A stretch of 64,000 nt of DNA from a virus. Made by a program: the position numbers and the translations under genes. This document shows positions 10,354-19,923 of the stretch, piece by piece. Location of the stretch: positions 1-64,000 of the IMG/VR virus record IMGVR_UViG_3300043395_001970, one strand, 5' to 3'. The notes beneath the pieces are model-generated. The model saw only the letters and a program-made list of their open reading frames with translations, had not been told where the DNA came from and did no database searches. Numbering within the stretch: position 1 is the stretch's first letter; each line of letters opens with the position of its first letter.

Positions 10354-10818
10354 TTATTTTCCAGTTGAACCAAATCCACCATCACCTCTTTCCGAATCTG
10401 AAAGTTCATCAACTTCCTTAAATTCAATTGGTGGGTACGGTATAATCATTATTTGTGCAATTCTATCGCCTACCTTATAGAAGTCATTTGATGTATCTTC
10501 GGTGTTTTTTGTCTCATCATAAAAACGTTCACCACCAAATATTTTATTAAAGGTAGCTTGGAGTTCACCTCTATATCCACTATCGCATACACCAACTGCA
10601 TTACTTAAATCCAATCCAGTCTTTCTAACGGATGAACGAGGAAATATTAATCCTACAAACCCTTCAGGTATTTCTAAGGCAATACCCATGCCATATGTAA
10701 TTTGTTCAGGTGTATCTTTTATAATTGTTGTTGCTACCAAATCCATTCCAGCATCACCAACTTTGGCGTACTTTGGAATTACTGCATTAGGATTGAGCTT
10801 CTTTATTTTCACTTCCAT
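10354..10818 (-). CDS. dut: Trimeric dUTPase
   Basis: AGMDL, PRSS, GVCDSGYRGE, GDRIAQ, RGDGGFGSTG. Confidence 0.97.
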   Translation of the reverse strand: MEVKIKKLNPNAVIPKYAKVGDAGMDLVATTIIKDTPEQITYGMGIALEIPEGFVGLIFPRSSVRKTGLDLSNAVGVCDSGYRGELQATFNKIFGGERFYDETKNTEDTSNDFYKVGDRIAQIMIIPYPPIEFKEVDELSDSERGDGGFGSTGK

Positions 10819-11167
10819 TTTGTAATTGTTTAAATGATTCTCTTTGTTTTTCTCTTAACTGCTTACCTTCTTCAGTAAGCTCTCTAGCAAATAATTTAAA
10901 TAATTTTCCTGTTTTACTATTTTGAAAAGTAATATAAGAATTTTCAAGATTTGTAATTGAAAAAACTACTTTAGGATTTTCATCTGATGGTAGGTTTGAA
11001 TCAGTCCATGCAAATATTTGTGGTTCATCTTCATCAAATTGAAAACACCATTCGCATTCTTCATATCGTTTTTGTTGTAAATTAATTTCACCAATTTGTT
11101 CTAATTGTTCAGATTGGTCTTCAATCTTTACTTCTTCTACTTTTTTTGTTTTTTTAGCCTTTGCCAT
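10787..11167 (-). CDS. Hypothetical protein
   Basis: 126-aa ORF within the operon; no motif recognised. Confidence 0.7.
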   Translation of the reverse strand: MAKAKKTKKVEEVKIEDQSEQLEQIGEINLQQKRYEECEWCFQFDEDEPQIFAWTDSNLPSDENPKVVFSITNLENSYITFQNSKTGKLFKLFARELTEEGKQLREKQRESFKQLQNGSENKEAQS

Positions 11168-11179
11168 ATTGTTTTGTTT

Positions 11180-12391
11180 TTATCTTCCCACTTCACCTAA
11201 ATACTTTTCCTTCATTTCTTCCCAACTCATTCCAATAGCATCTATGTAAAATAAGTGTTCAGGTTTTAATCTGCCTTCTTCATGCAGTTTTGTATATCTA
11301 CTAATAGCATGTTTCTTCCACCATTTGTTGATGTAATCCACACCTTGCGCAAATTTATCTTTTAGTACTAATTGGTCTTCAGTAATTCTATCACAAAGGA
11401 AATCATTACCATTCTCATACATCATTGCCATATAAACACCTCTCTTAAAACCATGATGATATTCAGTTGCCTTAATACCACACTCCTTAAAGATTTGTCC
11501 TAATATCTTTTGTTTGATACCACTAACAGGTCCGTTAGCTTCATATCCCATATTAGCACCATTACGAGCTCTTTCTCTCGTAATATTTTCCATATACCAA
11601 TCAGCTTTATTTTCTTTTAACCATTGATGCCAAGGGTCATAGAATTTATCATCGGGTTTAATACTAATCTTACCTGCTGATTCACCTAAAGTTTTGAAAA
11701 GTGGGATACCATTATATTGCGAATGAATTCCGTATAGTGACGTTGTACCAACTGCAATCAATACGTTATCGTATTTTGTTTTCCAATAGTTTCTAACTTC
11801 AGGTACGGTGGTCATCATAGCGATTAACTTACCACCTAAGAAGTTATAACCCAATGGTTGAGTACATACAATTGTAGAAGCAATAGTTGTATTATTTAAC
11901 TTACCTTTTACAAACTTATCATCTTTAGTCCAACCAATGTAGTTATCTCTTACACCTAATGCAGTTACATCAGATGCTAAAGAAATTTGCCCCAATAGTT
12001 TTCCACTCACTCTATCCTTAACATTAATCTTAACGTTACGGCCAGGGTTTGCTGTGAAATCCATTGTGTGAATCATTCTACGGATTTGTGACCATTTAGT
12101 TGCTTCTTTGGCATCTTCTACTATTTCAACGTAAGGGTCTAACGCTTCAATTTCTTTTATCGTTAGCTCCTTATCGTTGATATTAGTTGGCCTCCATTGA
12201 GAATCATAGTAAGCTGCTATTTGGGATTTAGCCTGAATCATTGTAGGGTCTTGCAACTCTACCCACTTCTTATACAAAGTTTGCTCCTGCACAGACATCG
12301 TCATTAGATAGTCCATGTTTTCTTTTAACTTTTCTTTTTCAGTATCAAAGTCAAAGACAGGTTTTTGCGGTTCAGTATCCCAAAAGCTCAT
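11180..12391 (-). CDS. Druantia DruA / DUF4338-like protein (orphan)
   Basis: PGRN..VKD..GKLLG.I.L.SD...RDNYIGW, YNFLGGKLIA, TTSLYG..SQYN..LGESAG motifs, which I recognise from the DruA family. Confidence 0.78.
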   Translation of the reverse strand: MSFWDTEPQKPVFDFDTEKEKLKENMDYLMTMSVQEQTLYKKWVELQDPTMIQAKSQIAAYYDSQWRPTNINDKELTIKEIEALDPYVEIVEDAKEATKWSQIRRMIHTMDFTANPGRNVKINVKDRVSGKLLGQISLASDVTALGVRDNYIGWTKDDKFVKGKLNNTTIASTIVCTQPLGYNFLGGKLIAMMTTVPEVRNYWKTKYDNVLIAVGTTSLYGIHSQYNGIPLFKTLGESAGKISIKPDDKFYDPWHQWLKENKADWYMENITRERARNGANMGYEANGPVSGIKQKILGQIFKECGIKATEYHHGFKRGVYMAMMYENGNDFLCDRITEDQLVLKDKFAQGVDYINKWWKKHAISRYTKLHEEGRLKPEHLFYIDAIGMSWEEMKEKYLGEVGR

Positions 12392-12393
12392 AA

Positions 12394-13089
12394 TTACTTA
12401 ATTTCTACGAGGTAATAGTTAGATGTGTAATCACCATCAGTAAATGATACGTGTGATAATCCTTTAGATGAAATCTTCAATGAAGAAGTTTTAGAACCTT
12501 TGTTAGCCATTAAGATAGCTTTCAAATACTTTGCTGAGAAAGCAATTGGTTCAATATCCTCTTTACATTTGCAATCCACACCAATAGAGATTCGGTTAGA
12601 GTTAATTGAAGAATAACCCAAAATAACTTCACCTTTCTTATCTTTACAAGTGAATGTAAATGTATCAGCGTCAGCCAATGCACCTTTTGATTTGATGAAC
12701 TTATTTACAAAGTCATCATTCAATGTAATCTCTGCATCAAATTCAGGCAAAGCCTTCAAATCAGGTACCGCAGGAATTACTGAAGGAGCTGCTAACATGT
12801 ATTGTACCTTAGTTCCTTTATCAGAGAACTTAACTGCTCCAGTTGTTTCTTCAACTGAAATTGCTTCATCCAATACACTCAACAATCCTTTCAATTGTGA
12901 AGTTGTATAGATACCGAATTCACCCTTTGGGAAATCATTTTCAGCTACAATAACATCACCTAAAAGGGTCTTGTCATCTGAAATCATTCTTACTGACAGA
13001 TTCTTACCATCTGCCTTAATCATAACGGATTCAATCTCACCACCAAGGTTATAACGATTGATAAAACCATCAAATTTACTTTTGTTCAT
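12394..13089 (-). CDS. DNA polymerase sliding clamp (T4 gp45/PCNA-like)
   Basis: 231 aa; EFGIY..SQL, FSAKYLK, LKISSKGLSHVSF..YYLV; lies between PolB and the clamp loader. Confidence 0.82.
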   Translation of the reverse strand: MNKSKFDGFINRYNLGGEIESVMIKADGKNLSVRMISDDKTLLGDVIVAENDFPKGEFGIYTTSQLKGLLSVLDEAISVEETTGAVKFSDKGTKVQYMLAAPSVIPAVPDLKALPEFDAEITLNDDFVNKFIKSKGALADADTFTFTCKDKKGEVILGYSSINSNRISIGVDCKCKEDIEPIAFSAKYLKAILMANKGSKTSSLKISSKGLSHVSFTDGDYTSNYYLVEIK

Positions 13090-13122
13090 AATATACTTTT
13101 TATAGTTTAAGTTTTAGAAATA

Positions 13123-13154
13123 CAAATATACGAAAAATTATTCAATCTACCAAA
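13123..13154 (-). promoter_or_regulatory. Bacteroidota-type sigma promoter
   Basis: TTTG-N20-TATATTTG upstream of the clamp gene. Confidence 0.82.
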
Positions 13155-15671
13155 TTAAAATGAAAAGAATTTTTCAGCCGTTTTAGCTGCGGAAAGAACC
13201 TCTCCCCAACCCAATGCTCCATAAAAATCCTCTAATTTCTTTAGGAGTTCTCTTTCAAAGATTTTATCATAATCTATATATTGGGTTACCAATTCAATTA
13301 CTTCAGGTGCATCATTGTGTCCTTTGAATGCCAATCCTTCCAATCCATATGGATTTTGTTTTAGATATACCCATTTTATTTTATCACCATCTTTCATAGG
13401 TTCGTATTTAGATGGACAATTAAAGTGAATCAACAATTGATTATGTGCAATTGCTGCCTTAACGTGTGCAGGTGTTGCTGATTTAAATTGGAACATAGCC
13501 GTTTGTTCTTTTTTCTTTGGAAGATATTTAGATAACTCCTTAACCGCAGAATTCTTAGCTATACTAACAACATCCATTTTGGAAAGAGATTTTTTGAAAG
13601 CTTGAATCTTATCTGTCAAAATATCTTCAGTATCACCTCTTAGAATTTGAATAAGAACTTCACTCATAAACTTACGGAACTCCGCAGGGTATGATGAACG
13701 AACCACATCCAAACCTTTCACATCCAATCTATCCATAGGAATACCATTCTCCGCAATAATCCATTGAGCATATCTTTTCTTAGCAATCCATATACCACTT
13801 CTACTAACAAACTCTTTCTTAATTTGGAAACGATGTTTATCTACATTGAATATTTTTTTACCCAACATGTTATAGAAGTTATTGATATAGTCTTGCGTTT
13901 CACCAGCAATCTCATCAACTAATAGGGCAATCTCTTTATCATCCTTTTGTTTCCACTCAGGATACCTATGTTCTAATAAAGGTACTGCTGAAAAGAATAC
14001 GGAATCAGTATCAATGTAAATGTTAAAATCTTTACCTTGCGTTCCTAACTCTTTGTTATATTTTATGTTTACCATTTCAGCAGTTGATTTAATCACTGTC
14101 TGACCTGTTAAGGTTACAGCTTCAGCGTTATCAACATCATAGAAACGGAAAGCAGGTAATCCCAGTACTCCATATAAAGAGTTCAATAAGATTTTTTGTA
14201 CTGTCTGTCTTTTCTTATAGAATGCATACATCTCTTTATTACCTTCCTGTCCATATTTCTTTTCCAATTTACGGAATTCAACCCTTTGGTCAAACCACAA
14301 ATCCAATATATCAGGAATACATCCTACTTTTTGTGTTGTATAGAGTACACCATTTGATGATACTGCGTATTTACTTTCATCAAATAGCTTCTTTAGATTT
14401 TCTTTTGAAATTTGCCTACCACCAATTGAATACATATCAACTTCACCTCTTAGGAATTTCTGAGCATCCCAATCATCAATCTTTGCCACCTTCGTTTCAG
14501 GTGATATGTTTGTTGTCATAATGATTGATGGATATAGTGAAGTTAAGTCCAAGTCATAAATCCATTCGTACTTACCAACGATAGGTGCCTTAACGTATGC
14601 TCCGATAAACTTTTCTTCGTTGTTCTCTCTGATAGCTTCCATACGTTCTTGTCTATCCGCAGGTTTGTTAGGTGCTACAATATTTTTACGTTTAAGGTAA
14701 CATAGCATCGCACCTTCTAAAAATTTAGATGAATAAACAAAATCTTCGTATGGTACGTGTCCAGCATGGCATATACCTCTACAAAGGTCTACAAACTGCA
14801 ACTTACGTTCCATATCAACCACCAATTGTACATCCACTAAGTTATACTCAATGAACTTCTCAATATCGTTATGAAACAATTCATCTAATTTACCCTGATA
14901 TTCAACCTTACCTCTACCCAACTCTTTCATAGCTACCGTATCCAAACGATAGTTATCTAATTCAACATAGGTATATGCTTTGTATAATCCGATGTAATCC
15001 AAATAGGATACACCAGCCATAAAGAATCTCTTACGATAGGGTGACCAGAAACACTCACCAATAGGTGATAATCTATTAGCATGTCTTGCACCTAATAATC
15101 TTTTAATACGATTGTACAAATAAGGAGTATCAAAGTAATCAATGTTCCATCCCGTAACGATTGATGGATTTATCATTTCATATAATTCCAAATACTTTAG
15201 AATCAAATCTCTTTCATCTCTAAATGGGATTACACTACGATTACCGGTATTACTCTCTTTCATCTTACCGGCTTTATCCATAATCAAAACCCAATAGTGG
15301 TCAGTTGCAGAATCATGCAAACCAATAGCGGTTAATTCATTCTCTGCCTTTTCCATATCCGGCAGACCTGTTTCCATTTCAACTTCAATATCAAAGGTTA
15401 GAATAACGTGTCCATCTGAAGGTATATCCGAATCGGTATAGGTATCAACTAAAATACGAGTTGTTTCCGGTACATCCGATTCAAATAATTCAGGATCATC
15501 CTTTTTAAATTTGAATATTTTTGTAAGCTTATCACCATAAAGGGAAGTGTATTCGCCTCTGTCAGCTTTTTCGTATGCATATCTTACATATGGAAATGAA
15601 CGATAACCAAGCCTATCATCCCACAAATGTACTAAATTCTTCTCTCTTTGGTAATATACGTTTTGATACAT
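13155..15671 (-). CDS. Family B DNA polymerase (T4 gp43-like)
   Basis: Exonuclease motifs FDIE, GWNIDYFD, YNLVD; polymerase motifs DLTSLYPS, KILLNSLYG, YIDTDS, KKRY; C-terminal clamp-binding FFSF. Confidence 0.97.
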   Translation of the reverse strand: MYQNVYYQREKNLVHLWDDRLGYRSFPYVRYAYEKADRGEYTSLYGDKLTKIFKFKKDDPELFESDVPETTRILVDTYTDSDIPSDGHVILTFDIEVEMETGLPDMEKAENELTAIGLHDSATDHYWVLIMDKAGKMKESNTGNRSVIPFRDERDLILKYLELYEMINPSIVTGWNIDYFDTPYLYNRIKRLLGARHANRLSPIGECFWSPYRKRFFMAGVSYLDYIGLYKAYTYVELDNYRLDTVAMKELGRGKVEYQGKLDELFHNDIEKFIEYNLVDVQLVVDMERKLQFVDLCRGICHAGHVPYEDFVYSSKFLEGAMLCYLKRKNIVAPNKPADRQERMEAIRENNEEKFIGAYVKAPIVGKYEWIYDLDLTSLYPSIIMTTNISPETKVAKIDDWDAQKFLRGEVDMYSIGGRQISKENLKKLFDESKYAVSSNGVLYTTQKVGCIPDILDLWFDQRVEFRKLEKKYGQEGNKEMYAFYKKRQTVQKILLNSLYGVLGLPAFRFYDVDNAEAVTLTGQTVIKSTAEMVNIKYNKELGTQGKDFNIYIDTDSVFFSAVPLLEHRYPEWKQKDDKEIALLVDEIAGETQDYINNFYNMLGKKIFNVDKHRFQIKKEFVSRSGIWIAKKRYAQWIIAENGIPMDRLDVKGLDVVRSSYPAEFRKFMSEVLIQILRGDTEDILTDKIQAFKKSLSKMDVVSIAKNSAVKELSKYLPKKKEQTAMFQFKSATPAHVKAAIAHNQLLIHFNCPSKYEPMKDGDKIKWVYLKQNPYGLEGLAFKGHNDAPEVIELVTQYIDYDKIFERELLKKLEDFYGALGWGEVLSAAKTAEKFFSF

Positions 15672-15684
15672 GTACTAAATATAA

Positions 15685-17358
15685 TTATATAGCTGGAGCT
15701 ATTTTCTTTTTACCTAATTTTTTATTTACTGTTGCATTTCCGACTAATGTTGTACTACCACCCTCAACAAAGTTTTTACCAAAATGGTTGTCAGATAAAT
15801 CAGTGCCTTCTGCCAATTGTATTGGGGTAAACTCCTCATCTAAATATGAGTCCTGATAGTTTTGTATTACAACTGCGTTATACAGAGATTCAAGATTATC
15901 AGTACTACGATTAGCATCTATGTAGTTAATAATACCTCTACGAAGCCAATCTTCTTTAACTTCTTCAAAATAAGTTTCCATCATTTCCAACCTAAGATTT
16001 AACTTTCTAGTATCAGTACCAGCATTATGACCAGCGAACCCATGCTTATTTACCAAATTATCCTCAACAACTTTTTTACCCACTGTTGTTTGAATTTTTG
16101 CAATCTTTGGTTCTAATATTCCCGTATCGGGATTTTTAACTTTAACTGCTTTAGATACATCAGGAGTTATATCTCCCTTTTTATCAATATAGATATATGC
16201 AGTTTTTGCTGTAATTGTTTGTACCATTCTAATTAATTCCTCTGCATATAGAATAGGATTCTTTATATAAACACGCTTACCACTATCTTTAAGAGACTTT
16301 AAACAACCATATACAATAGCATGAGTAAATACAAAGAAATTTAATACATTAGACCAGTTACTACTTTGACCAGGTATAATTTTAATTACCTTCTTTTTGT
16401 TTGTTAAATCGTATTTACTAACAAACGCATTTGAAACAATAGACCAAACATTACTAACCTGAGTTAGTGTATTTGTACTTACTTTAGATGTGTAATCGCA
16501 TATTTCATCCAATCCATTATCATCACTCCAATTTGAATACTTTGATTTACTCAACCATCCAATAGATGTGGCTATCATTTTTTCAAAACCACTTTTAGTT
16601 TCAACTTTATCAGCAGCCTTTTCACCACTCAATATATTAGATAAAAATCTTCTAATTTCTATGTTTCCAATTTTAGCAACAGGATTAATCAAATCTCTAA
16701 TAAACTCAACAACAGGTGCCATTGAAATCATTCTAATACTCATCTTTTCAGGCATAGTTGATGAGTTTACAACTTTAAATGCCTTTTGTATAATTCTAAG
16801 ATGCCCCTCAACGAACATAATTACAGGAAGTTTAGCATCTAAGAAATAATTCTTAACATTTTCATCCAAATCACAAAAAGCCTGTTCAGCTATTTGTTCG
16901 AATTTCGGTCTCTTTCCATCCGTATCGGCGAATAATTTATTCAATTCATCTGATTCAGGATAATATCTTTCTTCTTCGGTAGCCGGTTGTATCCACTTTA
17001 CAAGGTGTTTAAACCTATGCTGTCCATCCAATAACACATATTTTCTACCTTTATCTTTTATGTCTTGAAATACCTCAATTGATTTTTCAATACTTTCAGT
17101 TGTGCCTTCGTTTTCTTTTATATCTAACAAAGACTTTAATACAGCATCAACATCAGCAAGAACTAATGGAGTTGCCCTACCAGTACCTTCATATAAGGCA
17201 ATTAAAAAAGAATCCACTCTTTCAGCTGGCCATTGGTTAAACATTCTCTGCATTAACTTATCATCAATGTGAATTAGGGGCACCCATGTCATCAGGTCTC
17301 TAACTGTAATACTTTTAGGAATTGGAATACTTCTTTCTGCGTAAGGTCTAATAGCCAT
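15685..17358 (-). CDS. DUF262 (GmrSD-like ParB/Srx) protein with a possibly degenerate C-terminal HNH
   Basis: MQR..W, SFL..LYEG, LLDGQHR and F..VNS motifs; C-terminal NH..FVEGGST..N..VNKK. Confidence 0.7.
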   Translation of the reverse strand: MAIRPYAERSIPIPKSITVRDLMTWVPLIHIDDKLMQRMFNQWPAERVDSFLIALYEGTGRATPLVLADVDAVLKSLLDIKENEGTTESIEKSIEVFQDIKDKGRKYVLLDGQHRFKHLVKWIQPATEEERYYPESDELNKLFADTDGKRPKFEQIAEQAFCDLDENVKNYFLDAKLPVIMFVEGHLRIIQKAFKVVNSSTMPEKMSIRMISMAPVVEFIRDLINPVAKIGNIEIRRFLSNILSGEKAADKVETKSGFEKMIATSIGWLSKSKYSNWSDDNGLDEICDYTSKVSTNTLTQVSNVWSIVSNAFVSKYDLTNKKKVIKIIPGQSSNWSNVLNFFVFTHAIVYGCLKSLKDSGKRVYIKNPILYAEELIRMVQTITAKTAYIYIDKKGDITPDVSKAVKVKNPDTGILEPKIAKIQTTVGKKVVEDNLVNKHGFAGHNAGTDTRKLNLRLEMMETYFEEVKEDWLRRGIINYIDANRSTDNLESLYNAVVIQNYQDSYLDEEFTPIQLAEGTDLSDNHFGKNFVEGGSTTLVGNATVNKKLGKKKIAPAI

Positions 17359-17402
17359 AATTAATTGTTTTAAGTTTTAAATTTTTTATGTTTTATACTA
17401 TG

Positions 17403-17434
17403 TAAAGATACAAAAAATACCCGAAACTGCCAAA
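17403..17434 (-). promoter_or_regulatory. Bacteroidota-type sigma promoter
   Basis: TTTG-N20-TATCTTTA upstream of the DUF262 gene. Confidence 0.78.
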
Positions 17435-17451
17435 GAATTATCGGGTATTTT
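17412..17451 (-). terminator. Putative intrinsic terminator overlapping the promoter
   Basis: 11-bp inverted repeat AAAATACCCGA / TCGGGTATTTT ending in a T-run on the minus strand, about 20 nt after the GT stop codon. Confidence 0.55.
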
Positions 17452-17471
17452 CATAAGTGATTGATAATCAA

Positions 17472-18812
17472 TTAGTTGCCAATCCACTCATATCCGTTCT
17501 TAGTGAATTTAATCTCAGGAATCAATCTTAAAGCGTTCCTATATCCGGTCCATTTGATTCGTACACCCCAACCCATATGCTCTAAAATTTCAAATTTATT
17601 GGTAACTCCTTTCTTCTTTATGAAATCTTTTATTTTCAAAAGAGATTCAGTTTCGTTCATTGCCTTCAATTCAAATACACTATCCCATCCGTTAAACCAT
17701 TTTGAAATACGTTCTTCCCAAACCATATTCTTAGCAAGTTCGGTTGTATCATATTCAATTGGGTTATCCAACATTTCATTAAACTTCTTAATAAAATCAT
17801 CTCTATCTTCATAAAGGTATGGATATGGATTTGATGCTACACTAACCATTTCAGGATAACATAATTTATTTGGAAGTAAGTAAGGGCAACCAACCGAAAA
17901 TCCATCAGTAGTTGATATACTCCAAGCTGAATATGTTTGGAATGTACCTACACCAAATTTAATTTTGGAAAGGAAATCCATATACTCATCTCTACCTGTC
18001 AATTTTACTCTTTCATTCCAAGGCCTATCCACTTGTGCTAATGTAGTATATACTTTGAAATCTTGTCTCTTTTCCCAAATCTCATCTACACACTTCACAA
18101 ACCATTCCCATCCGGTATAACCAGCATCTCTATGATTGAATATAACAGTCTTATCTTTATAATCAGAAACTTTTCTTGGATTAACTCTATCAACCCCCAA
18201 ATAATGTGGTTGAATAATTTGTTGTAATTTATCCAAAACATTTTGATTATAATGATTTGCTGCATGTTTGATTGTTAATTGCTTTAACCAATCACTATTA
18301 ACTCCACACTCATCCATTTGTAACAAACCTGCTACTGAAGCATCTAACATATGTTTTGCATATGGTGCGTTTTCAGGAACTTCAAACCAATGTGAGTAAC
18401 CAATAATTTTTGGAGCTATGTTTGTATTATTGAATACACAATTTGCAATCTGATTTGTGTGTTCAGGCAAATGTGTATAGATAATATCCCAATCGTTATG
18501 TTTCCACTTAATATACTCCATAAATTGAAGTGAATCAAAGTGGGTACGCATTTGATTAATATACGTTGGAAGGGTATATATCCGTTGGTCCACATTTGGA
18601 AAGTTTAGTGACTTTACAAATTCAGGAATAAGGATTGTAAAATGTACTTTCCATCTTTTACTTATAAATGGAATAACTCTACGAAGAACTTCTACCAAGC
18701 TATCAGCTTCTAAATTTTCTCTATATGTGTAATTTCCATAAACTAATATTTTGTAATCATATTGTTCATTCTCATACTTGTCTACTAAGAAATCAGTAAT
18801 GTCTCTTGCCAT
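17472..18812 (-). CDS. GT-B glycosyltransferase, probably DNA-modifying, with a C-terminal winged-helix-like extension
   Basis: DIIYTHLPE, YSHW, VIFNHR..GYTG, WSISTTDG..GCPYLLP..YPEM; basic C-terminal segment LLKIKDFIKKKG..EILEHMGWG. Confidence 0.78.
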   Translation of the reverse strand: MARDITDFLVDKYENEQYDYKILVYGNYTYRENLEADSLVEVLRRVIPFISKRWKVHFTILIPEFVKSLNFPNVDQRIYTLPTYINQMRTHFDSLQFMEYIKWKHNDWDIIYTHLPEHTNQIANCVFNNTNIAPKIIGYSHWFEVPENAPYAKHMLDASVAGLLQMDECGVNSDWLKQLTIKHAANHYNQNVLDKLQQIIQPHYLGVDRVNPRKVSDYKDKTVIFNHRDAGYTGWEWFVKCVDEIWEKRQDFKVYTTLAQVDRPWNERVKLTGRDEYMDFLSKIKFGVGTFQTYSAWSISTTDGFSVGCPYLLPNKLCYPEMVSVASNPYPYLYEDRDDFIKKFNEMLDNPIEYDTTELAKNMVWEERISKWFNGWDSVFELKAMNETESLLKIKDFIKKKGVTNKFEILEHMGWGVRIKWTGYRNALRLIPEIKFTKNGYEWIGN

Positions 18813-18835
18813 ATTTTATTTTGTTTAATTTATTT

Positions 18836-19636
18836 TTACCAAAAATTTTCAGTACCTTCCGGCACTTCGTATGTTGTTAAATGATGTACAACTTCAGTAT
18901 TAAAATCCACACTATTTTTTGGATAGGGTTTGATTTCATGCTTCAGTGCTTTCATCAATTGTTTTTTTTCTTTCTTATCTTGCGCCAATATTTGAATGTA
19001 TCGGTGCTTTGGTGGCTCCATTCTTCTCCAAAACTCTTTATATCCCTGCTTACCAATTTCTCTTTTAAGATGGTCTAAGTTACCACTACCCCACATTGAG
19101 AATACAGTTCTACTATGAATCCAATCGTATGGTTCTTTTTGTAGTGAGATACCCCAATTAGGCATCAATGCAATATCAGATGAAATACCCTGATATATCC
19201 AATTGGTTGCTTGATATATTCCACCCAAATGCTCTTGTCCAGCATCTGCATAGGATAGTAACAACTTAATGTTCTTATCATTTTCTTTCAACCACTTAAA
19301 GGATTGTGATATAGCAAATGATTCAATATTAGAACCATACCCATCATCACAATACAAACGTGTCAACTCTAATGCATTATCTTTCGTCAATCCTTCACAA
19401 ATAGAAGTTGCTGCTTTTGCTCCAACAGGAAATCCATAAATGATACAGCCAATTAGTTTATCACCATCAAAGGTACTAGCATCCTCTGCTTTGTAATAGA
19501 TACCTAATGCGTAACGGCAAGAAGTCCAAGCGTGAGTGTAGTGTTTCTTAACAATAATATCCTTAGCGATATTCTTTGCTATTGGTGCTACATACACTTT
19601 ACTTACATCACAATATTGTTTACCTTCAACTTTCAT
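18836..19636 (-). CDS. Mom-like (GNAT-fold) DNA base modification protein, paralogue 1
   Basis: KHY.H, LIGCIIYG.P, LELTRL, NIES.AI, LSYAD..Q.H.G.IYQATNW.Y.G, KHRY. Confidence 0.88.
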   Translation of the reverse strand: MKVEGKQYCDVSKVYVAPIAKNIAKDIIVKKHYTHAWTSCRYALGIYYKAEDASTFDGDKLIGCIIYGFPVGAKAATSICEGLTKDNALELTRLYCDDGYGSNIESFAISQSFKWLKENDKNIKLLLSYADAGQEHLGGIYQATNWIYQGISSDIALMPNWGISLQKEPYDWIHSRTVFSMWGSGNLDHLKREIGKQGYKEFWRRMEPPKHRYIQILAQDKKEKKQLMKALKHEIKPYPKNSVDFNTEVVHHLTTYEVPEGTENFW

Positions 19637-19877
19637 TTTTCTTTTTATTGGCCATAGCCTTTTCTAAGGTTGATTGCTTCTTTACTAATCTAGCTTCCTT
19701 CATTTGCTTCTTCATCATCTTATCATAACCTGGAGGAAATTTGTTCTCAACTGAAATTGGTCCATTTGGAAATTTCTTTAAATCATATTTCCAAATTGAT
19801 TCAACCCCATCATCATCTTTATACACATACTCAAACTTAGTTGGTTTATCTATTGGTTTTTCGGGCCACCTTCCCAT
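19626..19877 (-). CDS. Hypothetical small basic protein
   Basis: 83-aa ORF between the two Mom-like genes, preceded by its own promoter. Confidence 0.7.
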   Translation of the reverse strand: MGRWPEKPIDKPTKFEYVYKDDDGVESIWKYDLKKFPNGPISVENKFPPGYDKMMKKQMKEARLVKKQSTLEKAMANKKKNES

Positions 19878-19891
19878 ATAATAAATTTATA

Positions 19892-19923
19892 CAAATATAC
19901 AAAATTATTTTGAATCTACCAAA
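19892..19923 (-). promoter_or_regulatory. Bacteroidota-type sigma promoter
   Basis: TTTG-N20-TATATTTG. Confidence 0.8.

Noticed and set aside
11180-12391. Complete Druantia defence system
   Set aside because: No DruE helicase or other dru genes nearby.
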